The notes below the pieces were generated by a model that saw only the letters and a list, made by a program, of their open reading frames with translations, had not been told where the DNA came from and did no database searches. A program made the translations under genes and the position numbers. A stretch of 64,000 nt of DNA from Promethearchaeota archaeon. Lineage in GTDB: Archaea > Asgardarchaeota > Lokiarchaeia > Sigyniarchaeales > SOKP01. Below, piece by piece: positions 19,578 to 30,655 of the stretch; the stretch's first letter is position 1; each line of letters begins with the position of its first letter. The stretch spans positions 416,001-480,000 of the forward strand of contig JAEOUA010000003.1 in assembly GCA_016839555.1 (NCBI GenBank), written 5' to 3'.

Positions 19578-20723
19578 ATGGCAGAAGATGAATCTTTTCT
19601 TAATGCTAAAGCGTTAGTGGTTGATAATGGTACTGGTATTACGAAGAATGGGTTTGCCGGAGAAGATCAACCCCGATCGGTATTTCCCACTCTCATAGGT
19701 TATCCTAAATACGAGTCCATCATGACTGATGTGGAGCATTATACACGAGAATATTACATCGGCGAAGAAGCAATGCAATTAAAAGGTGTTCTTAAATTAA
19801 TGTTTCCAGTAGAGCATGGTATTATTGAAGACTGGACAGCAATGGAGAAAATCTGGCATTATACCTTTTATACGGACTTAAGAGTGGATCCTTCGGAGCA
19901 TCCATGTCTCCTCACGGAAGCACCCTTAAATCCAAGACCAAACCGCGAGAAGATGGCCGAAATTATGTTTGAGACGTTCAATGTGCCGGCTATGTACGTT
20001 GCGATGCAGGCAGTATTATCATTATATGCATCTGGTCGTACAACTGGCTGTGTTATTGATATTGGCGATGGTGTATCCCACGTAGTCCCAATATTCGAAG
20101 GTTTCGCATTAAGCCATGCAATCCAGCGGGTTGATCTGGCAGGAAGAGACATTACTACCTATTTACAACGATTATTACGACAAAAGGGTTATTCCTTTAC
20201 AACCTCCGCAGAGAAGGAGATTGTACGGGACATCAAGGAAAAACTCTGTTATGTAGCTATCGATCCCGAAAAGGAGATGATGCTTTCCAAGAAAGTAGCT
20301 GGAATGGAAAAGAGCTACATGCTTCCTGATGGTGAGACCATTAATGTAGGTGTTGAGAGATTCTTAGCACCCGAATGTTTCTTTAATCCATCAGTGATTG
20401 GAAAAGAATTAGAACCCTTAGATGATATCATTGTAAATGCAATTTCTGCTTGTGATGTGGATCTAAGACGAGATCTCTACAGTAATATCGTGTTATCTGG
20501 AGGCTCTACCATGTTCCCTGGTATTAAAGAGAGATTAACCAAGGAAATTAAGGAACAAATTCCAGAATCCGTTGACGTAAAAATTATCGCCCCTCCAGAA
20601 AGAATGTATTCTGTCTGGATCGGAGGCTCTATTTTGAGCTCATTAAAGACTTTCCACCGAATGTGGATTACCAGGCGTGAATATAAAGAAATGGGACCAC
20701 AAGTTATTCACAGATGCTTCTAA
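19578..20723 (+). CDS. Actin (Lokiactin)
   Basis: [84 protein letters not shown][11 protein letters not shown], C-terminal HRCF. Confidence 0.98.
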   Translation: MAEDESFLNAKALVVDNGTGITKNGFAGEDQPRSVFPTLIGYPKYESIMTDVEHYTREYYIGEEAMQLKGVLKLMFPVEHGIIEDWTAMEKIWHYTFYTDLRVDPSEHPCLLTEAPLNPRPNREKMAEIMFETFNVPAMYVAMQAVLSLYASGRTTGCVIDIGDGVSHVVPIFEGFALSHAIQRVDLAGRDITTYLQRLLRQKGYSFTTSAEKEIVRDIKEKLCYVAIDPEKEMMLSKKVAGMEKSYMLPDGETINVGVERFLAPECFFNPSVIGKELEPLDDIIVNAISACDVDLRRDLYSNIVLSGGSTMFPGIKERLTKEIKEQIPESVDVKIIAPPERMYSVWIGGSILSSLKTFHRMWITRREYKEMGPQVIHRCF

Positions 20724-20827
20724 GCGACGAATTGACATAAATTAATATTTTCATTCGATTTTTTTATTTTTCTTTTTATTCTATTTTTTCTGAATTTTAA
20801 ATCAGATAGATATTTTTTGAGTTTTGG

Positions 20828-21628
20828 TTAATTATTCTTATCCTTTCTACTTAAACTTTTTATTCCGAAATAGTATAAAATAGGGACGATGACAAGAATA
20901 TTTAATGCAAAAAATGTCCATCTTCCTAATCCACTTACCCAATATGGAAAAACAGCTCCAGCCATATTCCCAGAAAGATGAAATAACATAGCAATTAAAA
21001 CGCTCCCTCCGGTATTATTATGTAGCCATGTATAGAATATTGATGAAAGCGTTATTATTACAATATGTTGGTATATTGGAATAACTTCTTGAGTAGTGCC
21101 GCTTATAAAATGCAAAGGTAAATGCCAGAGGGCCCAAATTAGGCCAAGTATTATACTAGAAATTAGAGCATTCCATTTATTTTGTAATCTATCTAAAGCG
21201 TACCCTCGCCAGCCATATTCTTCTGCTAATGGGCCGCCAGTTACAAAAATAATTGCCATAACAGGAAAAAACATTTGCCAGTTAAGTCCGTATTCTAAAA
21301 TCCAATTTCCTTCAAATAATAGTACTATTACAAGAGCAATGAAAGATAAAAAGGGACTTAAAAGCAAGGTGGGAATTAACCATTTCTTCTGAAAATTAAT
21401 ATCTATTCCTCTCTTTAAGAGTTTTATAAATCCTTCCTTTCCATAATTTTTTAACGTTAAAGAAAAAGCTGAAATAAAAGGACCAAATATGGCAAAATTT
21501 CCAAAAAATAATAAAAAACCAGGAATATTAAATCCAAAATAATTTAAAACTTGAGGAAGCCATAGAAGCCAAGACCATAAAAATGCAATTACAAAAAACT
21601 GAATTAAATAGTTCTTTTTATTTTCCAT
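20828..21628 (-). CDS. CPBP / type II CAAX intramembrane protease
   Basis: EEYGWRG, WALWHLP, H-x-x-x-N; multi-TM. Confidence 0.9.
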   Translation of the reverse strand: MENKKNYLIQFFVIAFLWSWLLWLPQVLNYFGFNIPGFLLFFGNFAIFGPFISAFSLTLKNYGKEGFIKLLKRGIDINFQKKWLIPTLLLSPFLSFIALVIVLLFEGNWILEYGLNWQMFFPVMAIIFVTGGPLAEEYGWRGYALDRLQNKWNALISSIILGLIWALWHLPLHFISGTTQEVIPIYQHIVIITLSSIFYTWLHNNTGGSVLIAMLFHLSGNMAGAVFPYWVSGLGRWTFFALNILVIVPILYYFGIKSLSRKDKNN

Positions 21629-21738
21629 TTTAATCGAATAAAAGTTGTGTTTAAATTTAATTAATTATAGTGAATTTTTAATTTAAGATTTGTTTAATAA
21701 GTACAAACTTGCATTAGATATATTTATTTTTATCAATA

Positions 21739-22998
21739 TTATATTAGTAATTGAATACTAGTTGGAAATAACGCAACTCTTGGAGTTTCAGGGAGCTTTT
21801 GCCTAATCTCACTATTAGCAATTAATTCGGAAAATGATTTACTAAATAGCATATCTTCAGACCAATAATGAGTCACATCAGAGCGAGTCAGATTAGGAGA
21901 ATATAGGGCAAATGTCTTATCTTCACAAAATTCCATGAAAATTTCTTCGGTCTCCTTCCATTGTTCATATAATTGTGCCCCAGATTCACCGAGTAAGGAA
22001 TGGTACCCTCTACCTTCTGGAGAGGCGGTTGAAAAGATAACGACCGCTTCTTCCTTCAGAGTACTTTCAGCTTGCATAAAGATATTAGTTCCTTTACTGC
22101 TTTGAGAAAGTTCAGTATCTTCTGGAAATAAATTAAAAATCCCCATATCAAACTTATTTGCTTCGTCTTTTAATTTTGGGATTTCCGTTTGATATACTTT
22201 TTTACCTAATTCAATTGCTTTTCGATGAGCATCAATAAAATGTCCGGTAAAAATTCCCGCAATTTCACGATTCTCTTTTGCAATAATATTAATGCTAAAA
22301 TCTAATCCTACTCTCTGACATACTTCTTCAATATCCTTTCGTAAATCTGTTATAAATCCCACACCAACGCCCTTCCCTTCAAGAGCAGCTTTATGATTAG
22401 CAGCAAGCGTTTCAATTCCACAAATGCCGGGTAATATAATTTTGGCACCGCCTCCAAATCCTGCCAATGGATGAGGGATTACAGTACTGATTGCTATCTT
22501 AATATCTGCTTCATAGTATGTTTTATTAAGGGATATAGGGGTCCCTCGATTAGATTCCCCTAATTCTACCAAATTTTCATATGGATGATGATTTTCAATA
22601 TTAAATTTATCAACCATGCTCTTTCCTATTTTTTTAATAAAATCTAACCTATTCATTGGTCTATGGGAACCAATTGCGGCGATCAGAGTAATATTTTCAT
22701 CCTTAATTCCTGCAGAATTTAATTCTTTAACTAGTATCTCACAAATCGGCTCACATTTAGTAGGACGAGAAATATCTTCAAATACGATCACAGCGTTTTT
22801 TTTACCTTCTGCGATTTCTTGGATTGTTGGAGAGCCGATGGGATTTTTTATTGCATTTATAATATTTTCTCTAGTTATAATTTTATCTGATCCATTCATA
22901 TTAAATATTTCAATGTCCCATGAATCTGGAAACTCTAATTTATGAATTTCTTCTTCCTGATACCACGCAGCCCAAGGAATTTGTACAGATTTAACCAT
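21739..22998 (-). CDS. LarA-like (nickel-pincer) racemase/epimerase
   Basis: EDISRPT, GSHR, PHPLAGFGGGAKIILPG. Confidence 0.85.
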   Translation of the reverse strand: MVKSVQIPWAAWYQEEEIHKLEFPDSWDIEIFNMNGSDKIITRENIINAIKNPIGSPTIQEIAEGKKNAVIVFEDISRPTKCEPICEILVKELNSAGIKDENITLIAAIGSHRPMNRLDFIKKIGKSMVDKFNIENHHPYENLVELGESNRGTPISLNKTYYEADIKIAISTVIPHPLAGFGGGAKIILPGICGIETLAANHKAALEGKGVGVGFITDLRKDIEEVCQRVGLDFSINIIAKENREIAGIFTGHFIDAHRKAIELGKKVYQTEIPKLKDEANKFDMGIFNLFPEDTELSQSSKGTNIFMQAESTLKEEAVVIFSTASPEGRGYHSLLGESGAQLYEQWKETEEIFMEFCEDKTFALYSPNLTRSDVTHYWSEDMLFSKSFSELIANSEIRQKLPETPRVALFPTSIQLLI

Positions 22999-23198
22999 TT
23001 AGAATCAATTTTAAATTTCAAATTTAAATTTATTATAAAGTGAAGAATTTATTAATATTTTGTTTTTTCTTCGTTAAATACCTTTATATGGAATTAATAC
23101 AATCTAACGAAGGAAATTTATGAATTTATAGAAAATAATTTTGATTTTTTAATTTTTAGATAAAGTAATAAATATGTGATTATATAATTATATTCTAT

Positions 23199-24704
23199 AT
23201 GTCTGAAAGACCTAATATAATTTTTTTATTAAATGACCATCAAACATATTATGGACATGAAGGAAGAGAGTCTGGTCCCAAAATTCAGCGTCCTAATTTT
23301 CATAAATTAGCTAAAAAAGGAGTGAATTTCACACAAGCTTATACTGCTTGTCCTTTATGTGGTCCAACAAGAAGAACTTTTCTTAGCGGGCTGTATCCCC
23401 ATAATCATCTTGAATTATTAAATGAAGTAAACCATCCTTTTGATAAGCCAACCTATTTAGAACAGCTAAACGAAGCGGGATACCGATGTTATTATTTTGG
23501 AAAATGGCATGCAGGTCCGGGAACTCCAATTACTAAATTTAATTGCGAAGGATTTTCATTACCAGAATATGGCAATCCCTATACCACTATAGAATATAAA
23601 AACTATGTGAAAGAATTGGGTCTCTCAGCTTTTCAAGTCAGAATAGTTCATAGTTTTTTAGATCCACAATGGCCCAAAACTAAAGAATTGGGAATAATAG
23701 AAGGAGAAGTTCATCAACCACCCGATCCTAAGTTATTAAGCGAGCATGCCACGGGAATAATGACCAGTCCAAAAGAAACTCATGAAGCCTTTTTTTTAGC
23801 AACTCTTGCATGTAAAAAGTTGGAAGAATTGGCAGAAAAGGAACAATATGAGCCGTTTCATTTAAGAGTTGATTTTTGGGGACCTCATCAGCCATATTAT
23901 GTTCCTCAAGAATATCGGGATTTATATAATACTGAAGAGATTTCAGAATATCCTAATTTTAATGATGATTTAGAAGACAAACCAGAAATATATAGATTTG
24001 ATTTAAATTATCCGATCAGCAAAAATGGAAAATTAATATATCCTAATCCTTTACCATGGTCCACATGGAGAGAGGTTTTGGCATTTCATTATGCACATAT
24101 CAGTTTAGTTGATGATGCTGGAGGATTGATATTAAATAAAGTAAAAGAACTTGGTCTGGAAAACAATACCATGATTATCTGGACAACCGATCATGGAGAT
24201 GCTGTTGCTTGTCCCGGCGGTCATTTCGATAAGGATTGCTATATGCCGCAAGAAATGATTCGAGTGCCATTAACGATTTCTTTTCCCGAAATAATTGCTG
24301 CTAATCAAAAAAATGACTGCCTTGTGAGTAGTATTGATATAGCACCAACCATTTTGGATGCTGCGGGACTTTCTTTTGATAATCCTATTGATGGAACCAG
24401 TTTGCTCCCGTTATTGAAAAAAGAAGAGACTGAATGGCGAGAGGATTTAATGATTGAAACGCATGGACACTTCCATCTTCATTTAGGTCGTTCGATCGTA
24501 ACATATAAATACAAATATACGTATAATGAAGGATATAAGGATGAATTTTATGATATAATCAAGGATCCATATGAATTGAATAATCTTATAGATGATGAGA
24601 AATATTTTAAAGAAATAGTGAATATGAAGAACCGTCTTGAAAATTGGAGAGAAAAGACTGGAGATACTATGACTAAGAGAATGATACGGAAAAAGACAAG
24701 ATAA
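23199..24704 (+). CDS. Cys-type sulfatase
   Basis: PNIIFLLND, CGPTR (CxPxR), GKWH, PH, TDHG. Confidence 0.9.
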   Translation: MSERPNIIFLLNDHQTYYGHEGRESGPKIQRPNFHKLAKKGVNFTQAYTACPLCGPTRRTFLSGLYPHNHLELLNEVNHPFDKPTYLEQLNEAGYRCYYFGKWHAGPGTPITKFNCEGFSLPEYGNPYTTIEYKNYVKELGLSAFQVRIVHSFLDPQWPKTKELGIIEGEVHQPPDPKLLSEHATGIMTSPKETHEAFFLATLACKKLEELAEKEQYEPFHLRVDFWGPHQPYYVPQEYRDLYNTEEISEYPNFNDDLEDKPEIYRFDLNYPISKNGKLIYPNPLPWSTWREVLAFHYAHISLVDDAGGLILNKVKELGLENNTMIIWTTDHGDAVACPGGHFDKDCYMPQEMIRVPLTISFPEIIAANQKNDCLVSSIDIAPTILDAAGLSFDNPIDGTSLLPLLKKEETEWREDLMIETHGHFHLHLGRSIVTYKYKYTYNEGYKDEFYDIIKDPYELNNLIDDEKYFKEIVNMKNRLENWREKTGDTMTKRMIRKKTR

Positions 24705-24802
24705 AGATTGTTTGAAATATTATTTTCTAACTTTTTATTTTCTAATGAAAAATAGATTTAGAAAAATCAAAGAAGGAAAAGATAATTTTATTCTATCTTT
24801 AA

Positions 24803-25267
24803 TTAATCAACATCAACTGCAATCCCACATTTATTACATCTTTTAGCGCCGCGAAATAAAGAATTTCCACACTCGGGACAATGATAACGCTTCTCTTCTT
24901 CTTCAACAAATTTTTGATCTCCAAATTTTCTCCATGTGGGGATCGTTCTATATATCACTTTTTTAGCAACTTGAATGGGAAAATTCTCAATAAATTTGCA
25001 TGGCCACTCATCGCATTGATGGCACCCCTCAATACCTTTTTGATTGACACATTCTTTAATGGGACATTTTCTACAAACGGGGAATACAACACCATCTGAT
25101 AAGCAGCCAGTACATGCAATATCGTCCACAGTTTTAGCAAATGCTTTATATACAGGTAATAAGGCCTTTTTAAATTTCAAATTATTATCTCTATGCGCGA
25201 TATAGATGGCACATACTCCACAATAGAGTCCACATGGAGCCATTAATTCTTTTTTCACTTTATTCAT
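24803..25267 (-). CDS. DUF3795 Cys-rich protein with C-terminal zinc ribbon
   Basis: APCGLYCGVC, CTGC, C-x-x-C-x-I-x-x-C, CHQCDEWPC, CPECG...CNKCG. Confidence 0.85.
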   Translation of the reverse strand: MNKVKKELMAPCGLYCGVCAIYIAHRDNNLKFKKALLPVYKAFAKTVDDIACTGCLSDGVVFPVCRKCPIKECVNQKGIEGCHQCDEWPCKFIENFPIQVAKKVIYRTIPTWRKFGDQKFVEEEEKRYHCPECGNSLFRGAKRCNKCGIAVDVD

Positions 25268-25345
25268 TCTTAAATATCACATTTTTTGGTAATTTTTATA
25301 AAGAATTTTAAGTATATAAAAGTATAATAAGAATTTTTTCAATTT

Positions 25346-26329
25346 TTAATACTTAAATCTGAATTGATTATTTTTAAAAACTATATTAGGTATTTCTTCT
25401 ATAATTTCCATATCTAAATCTTTTCCTGATAGTTTTAAAGGATTTTCATAGCCAACTTTCATTAATCCCTCTAACTCAAGTTCTCCAATAGAAGCTAAAT
25501 GATTCATGCAATCCATAAATGTTGAAGTCGAGCCAGCTAATTGAGTAGCTCCCTTTCTATGTAAGTATCCAGAAGATTCTAAAACCACTTTAGTATCTTT
25601 AAAAACATAATTTCCGGGACGCATTCCCGCTAAGTGTACCACATCACTCGTCACGATAAACCTTGAAACTCCCTTTGCTCGAATACATATTTTTATCATA
25701 TCATCGGGAAAATGGAACCCATCGGTTATAAAAAAGCCAAATAGGCGATCTTCTGCTAAAATAGGCCATAAGGGATTATTAAATCTGTGAATTGTTTTAC
25801 TTAATCCATTTCCAACATGAGTAGCCGCTTTAGCCCCTAGATCTACAGCTTTTTTAATTGTTTCTCTATTAGCATTGTGATGCCCTAATGAAATAACGGT
25901 ATTTGCGTGGCTAACGACGTAATCAATTAACTTCAGTGCTCCTGGTCGATCAGGAGCAAGAGTTAAAATAGAAATATTATCATTAGACCATTTTTGAAAC
26001 CTTTTAAAAATTTTTATAGAAGGCGGGATAATATTTTTTTTTGGGTGGATACCCCGAAATCCATTCTCTGGATTTAAAAAAGGTCCTTCTATATGAATGC
26101 CTAAAATCTTCGCTCCTTTTTCTGAACTCATCGCCTTAGAAATAATGGGCAAATTATGTTTATAAATATCTAAGGAGGAGGAAATAATAGTTGGACAATA
26201 CCCTACCGTGCCTTGTTTAAGTAATTCAATACTAACTTGAATGATATCATCAACGGTTAAATTTTTTCCAGAGAAGTCAATTCCCTTAAAACCATTTATT
26301 TGGAGATCTATAAATCCGGGGATACTCAT
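25346..26329 (-). CDS. nagA: N-acetylglucosamine-6-phosphate deacetylase
   Basis: PGFIDLQING, HIEGPF, LGH, THVGN, DGFH, LAGS. Confidence 0.85.
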   Translation of the reverse strand: MSIPGFIDLQINGFKGIDFSGKNLTVDDIIQVSIELLKQGTVGYCPTIISSSLDIYKHNLPIISKAMSSEKGAKILGIHIEGPFLNPENGFRGIHPKKNIIPPSIKIFKRFQKWSNDNISILTLAPDRPGALKLIDYVVSHANTVISLGHHNANRETIKKAVDLGAKAATHVGNGLSKTIHRFNNPLWPILAEDRLFGFFITDGFHFPDDMIKICIRAKGVSRFIVTSDVVHLAGMRPGNYVFKDTKVVLESSGYLHRKGATQLAGSTSTFMDCMNHLASIGELELEGLMKVGYENPLKLSGKDLDMEIIEEIPNIVFKNNQFRFKY

Positions 26330-26421
26330 AATTTTAAGTAAATTTATAACTATAGAATTAAATTATTTATAATTATTTTAATTTGTATTACATCGAATAT
26401 AAGGAAAACAGTGAAGAAATT

Positions 26422-27219
26422 ATGAATGAATATAAATATTGGAAAGTAAAACTAGAAAACCAGATCTTTTGGGTTTTATTAGATAGATCCGAAAAGAAAA
26501 ATGCCTTTAGTGATAAGGTGGGTAATGAATTATATCAGATCTTAGAAGAAGAGGTGGAAGGAAATTTAGATAAGATATGAGTGGTCGTATATGGAACAAC
26601 CCAAGATAATACGTTCTGTTCAGGTGCGGATTTTGCTTGGTTTAATAAATTGAATGAAGCAAAAGGGAGACAAGCATCAATAAATTCTCAATTAGTATTT
26701 GAGAAGTTTGAAAATTTTCCCGTACCTGTTATTGTGGCAGTAAAGGGTTTAAATTTAACTGCGGGATTTGAATTAATGATGTGTGCAGATATTATTATTG
26801 CTGCAGATAATGCAAAGTTTGGGCAAATCGAAACAAAGTATGGACTAACACCTTGTGGTGGAGGTGCTCATAGATTGATCAGGATTGTAGGTCCTCTAAA
26901 GGCAAAAGAATTAATATACACTTCACGAATATTTGACGCTCAAGAAGCAAAAGAAATGGGGCTGGTAAATTATATTGTACCCCTTAATAAATTAGAGGAG
27001 AAAGTAAAAGAAATTTCAAATATGATTATCAAAAATTCAGGAAGAGCTATTAAATTAGCCAAAAGATTGATTCAGATGGGTATTTATGTAAATCAGAATG
27101 GCTTTCGAGCTGAAGGAGATGCTTTTGCTGATTATTTTGCTTCTGGTGAACCTTTCAAAATCTTCCTGGAGTTCTTTAAAAGAATTAGAGATAAAAAAAA
27201 AATAATAATTGTAATTTAA
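26422..27219 (+). pseudogene. Enoyl-CoA hydratase/isomerase interrupted by one in-frame TGA (26578-26580)
   Basis: ORFs 26383-26580 and 26581-27219 are in one frame: LDR-x-EKKNA...DKI*VVVYG...FCSGAD...GFEL...QIETKYGL. Confidence 0.8.
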
Positions 27220-27398
27220 AAGAATTTATTTTTTAATATATATTCAATTGATTTATAAACCAGTAAATTCTGAGAAAATCAAAATTTATTCGAAAAATAT
27301 ATAATAGTTTATTATAATATATGCTATAGAATGAATTTGTATAATCTTAATAAAATTTCAAAATGGCAAAAAGAAATACTTAAAAGATAAAAAAAACA

Positions 27399-28910
27399 AT
27401 GAATAATGTGGAATATAATAGTGAAAAAATAAGAGAGAAGTATAAGAATTTATTTAAATATTCATTAGATTATATTTTTGTTCATGATATGCAAGGAAAT
27501 TTTGTTGATGCCAATAAGATTGCGTTAGATGGTTTTGGCTATACTAGAGACGAATTAAGCAACTTAAATTTTAATAATATCTTGGCGAATAGAAAAGAAT
27601 TAGCAAAAGCCATAAAAAATATGATAGAAATCAAAGAAAAAGGAAGACATTTTCATAGAACAGAATATAAGTGTAAAACAAAAGAGGGGAAAATAGTATA
27701 TATAGAAACCTATAGTATTCCTTTAAAACAAAATGGTGAGACATATGCGGTTTTAGGCTTTGGAATTCCTATAACTGAGAGGAAATTAGCTCAAAAGAGG
27801 TTGAAAGAGTCAGAAATGCGGTATCGTAATTTATTCGAAGAAAGCCCCTTTAGCATCGTTATCTTAAATTCTAAAGGAATTATTATTGATGCTAATCCGA
27901 CATTAGAGGAATTAATAGGATACAAAAGAGAATTCATTATTGGAAAGCCTTTTTATACCCTTCCTATGATTCATTCAGAGGATCTTTCAATGGTTCAAGA
28001 ACGTTTTAAGGATTTATTAAATGGACGGGAAGTACATAGGACTGAGTTAGAATTAAAGAGGAAAGATGGAAGTTTAATATGGACACAGCTCCAAGGTTCA
28101 TTATTAAAATTTAAAAATGAAACCCATGTTCAAATTTTAATGAATGATATATCTCAACGAAAGGCGGCTGAATCCCTTATTAACAAACAATTAAAAAAGC
28201 TAAGGGAGCTTGATCAAATTAGAAAAGATTTAATGATTCGTGTCTCACATGAATTAAAAACTCCTTTAACATTAATTCATACAGGGGTTGAATATCTTAT
28301 AGAATCAGACAGAGTAAAAATGAATGAAAATGATAAAGAAATCATTAGCATGATCGAAAGAGCTAGTAGTAGGTTAGAAAAATTGATTGAAAATCTGATC
28401 GATGCTACTAAAATTGATTATAAAAAGCTTAGATTGAATAAACAAAAAGTGGATCTCGTAAGCTTAATAGAAGAAGCTATTGAAGATCTGAATTATTTAA
28501 TTAAGAAACAAAATTTAGATTTAATTACTCGCTTTCCAAATGAATTAATTACACATCTTGACGAATTAAGAATTATACAAGTAATTACAAATTTATTATT
28601 AAATGCTATAAAAAACACTCTTCCTAACGGAACCATTGAACTTTCCTTGGAAAAAAAAGAGGATTATATCGATTTTTCAGTAAGAGATACAGGGATTGGG
28701 TTTACAACAGAAGAAATAAAACAATTATTTATCCCATTTGGAAAAATTGAAAGGAAAGGGGCTGAATTAGAAGGAATCGATATACAAGGGTCTGGTTTAG
28801 GGTTATATATTTCCAAATCAATCGTTCAGTTACATGGAGGAGATATAAAAGTCCTATCAGAAGGACGAAATAAAGGGAGTAAATTTACAGTACGACTTCC
28901 TAACAATTAA
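27399..28910 (+). CDS. Cytoplasmic PAS-PAS sensor histidine kinase
   Basis: Two PAS domains, SHELKTPL, NLLLNAIK, DTGIG, GSGLGL; no TM. Confidence 0.93.
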   Translation: MNNVEYNSEKIREKYKNLFKYSLDYIFVHDMQGNFVDANKIALDGFGYTRDELSNLNFNNILANRKELAKAIKNMIEIKEKGRHFHRTEYKCKTKEGKIVYIETYSIPLKQNGETYAVLGFGIPITERKLAQKRLKESEMRYRNLFEESPFSIVILNSKGIIIDANPTLEELIGYKREFIIGKPFYTLPMIHSEDLSMVQERFKDLLNGREVHRTELELKRKDGSLIWTQLQGSLLKFKNETHVQILMNDISQRKAAESLINKQLKKLRELDQIRKDLMIRVSHELKTPLTLIHTGVEYLIESDRVKMNENDKEIISMIERASSRLEKLIENLIDATKIDYKKLRLNKQKVDLVSLIEEAIEDLNYLIKKQNLDLITRFPNELITHLDELRIIQVITNLLLNAIKNTLPNGTIELSLEKKEDYIDFSVRDTGIGFTTEEIKQLFIPFGKIERKGAELEGIDIQGSGLGLYISKSIVQLHGGDIKVLSEGRNKGSKFTVRLPNN

Positions 28911-29071
28911 TACCTAATTCTTTTTCAAAAATATAATAAAAAAAAAAAATTCAGAATAGAATTAAATTTTATCAAAAAATATAAATAATAAGCTAAAACT
29001 CTCTATATATAAAATCTTTTTAAGTTCCTAATAAAATCCATAACTAGTCATAATTATTTTCAATCTTGGAT

Positions 29072-29686
29072 TTATTTTTTCTTCTTTTGGCGTTGATTCA
29101 TAACAAGATTGACACAAGATATTATTATTATTATAATTTGAGTTATTAAAATCAAATAAAAGCCAAACCCATAAGAAACTTCTCTTTTTCTTGGAACAAT
29201 TATAATTAAATCTTCCAGATATGCTATAAATATTGATTTATTAAAAGAGATATAGTAATTGGGATGATTTATTTCTTTACTTATTCCTACTCTCCTAAAT
29301 ATAGAATAGTTTAAAGTAAGTAAAATTAATAATATCACTACTATAAAGATGGTAGCTATGGGTAAAATAATAGATTCACTTCTTTTAATTTCTATAATTC
29401 CGAATAAAATGATTAAAACACTCAATAAAAGCATTATAAATCCCATCATAGTGAGAATAACATTTGGGGGTGGAATAAGATCAAAGATATCACTAATAAT
29501 ATTTACAATAGGAGTCAGTAATCCGAGCGATTCTCTATGAATTCCAAATAAGGGAATAAAAACTAGTTTCCACCCTGCTAAGCCCATCATATCTATTATG
29601 CCAATATAAAGAGGTAAAAATAGACCAATTATTGTCAATATTTCAAGAATTATTGAGAATATTCCTGTATATTTATTAAAAGCCAA
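29072..29686 (-). CDS. 4-TM membrane protein, paralog of 30035-30655
   Basis: MAFNKY-x-GIF...FLP...GFYLI. Confidence 0.75.
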   Translation of the reverse strand: MAFNKYTGIFSIILEILTIIGLFLPLYIGIIDMMGLAGWKLVFIPLFGIHRESLGLLTPIVNIISDIFDLIPPPNVILTMMGFIMLLLSVLIILFGIIEIKRSESIILPIATIFIVVILLILLTLNYSIFRRVGISKEINHPNYYISFNKSIFIAYLEDLIIIVPRKREVSYGFGFYLILITQIIIIIISCVNLVMNQRQKKKK

Positions 29687-30034
29687 TAGTTTATCACCTA
29701 CACCTTTGAATTTCTAATAAGAAGAATTACAAAATAGAATTTAAATATTATGGTTAAAAAATTATTTGCAATTCATATATTTACATTTGAATCTTTAATG
29801 AAAAAATATGAAAATATTGTTTGAAAAATATAAAAATCTAATTCAATAGTATAAGTAATTAGTTGGTACTATGCAGCATTAATCTATATGAAATCTAAAA
29901 AGATAATGAATTTGTTTTAAAAAAAAATTTGAATTTCATTATAAAATAAAAAAAAAAATGAAGATAAAAGTTTTAGATTTAAGATATATGAATTGTTGTA
30001 TACATTCTAAAGCTTATTATGTATTTTTATACCC

Positions 30035-30655
30035 TTATTTTCTTTTTTTCTTATTAATCGCATTTATTATTAGAGCAGCAATTGATATATTGGTCACGAC
30101 TATTTGAGAAATAAAGATCAAATAGAATCCAATTGCGGGAAATTCTTCAGGTAGAGCTAGAAGTAAAGGAAGAGAGGGGAATGCTATTTTTAACAAACTC
30201 TGCGTCGTGTTAATTGATGTAAGATATTTTAGAACTAAATTATTGTCAAATGTGATGTGAGCATATATAGGTAAAAGGAACAATATACTTGAGAAAATAA
30301 TGTTAATTATGGGAAAAGCAAGAGACTCACTCTTTATTAGTTCTAAAATTCCAAAAATAATGATTAAGAAACTAAGTAGTACCATTGCATATGTCATCAC
30401 TGTTAAAAGGATATTAGAAGTTAAAGAGGGATACAAAATATTTAGAAAAGTATCATAAATAGGTGCAGCAATAGGAGCAAGAATGCCTATTGAATCACGC
30501 TCAATTATTCCTAAGGGAGAGCAATTTAATTTTATTTCCCAGCCAAATACACCCATTAAATCAATTCTAAATATAGCAATTGGTAAAAATATTCCAATTA
30601 CCGCCAAAATTCCAAGAATTATCGTAAATATACCTGCATATTTATTAAAAGCCAT
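30035..30655 (-). CDS. 4-TM membrane protein, paralog of 29072-29686
   Basis: Same N-terminus and motifs as the neighbour. Confidence 0.75.
   Translation of the reverse strand: MAFNKYAGIFTIILGILAVIGIFLPIAIFRIDLMGVFGWEIKLNCSPLGIIERDSIGILAPIAAPIYDTFLNILYPSLTSNILLTVMTYAMVLLSFLIIIFGILELIKSESLAFPIINIIFSSILFLLPIYAHITFDNNLVLKYLTSINTTQSLLKIAFPSLPLLLALPEEFPAIGFYLIFISQIVVTNISIAALIINAINKKKRK

Noticed and set aside
20828-21628. CAAX protease acting on the neighbouring actin
   Set aside because: Convergent orientation; actin ends HRCF, which is not a CaaX box; CPBP genes are widespread
26578-26580. Selenocysteine codon
   Set aside because: Position corresponds to Arg/Lys in crotonases, not Cys; no SECIS-like element seen downstream
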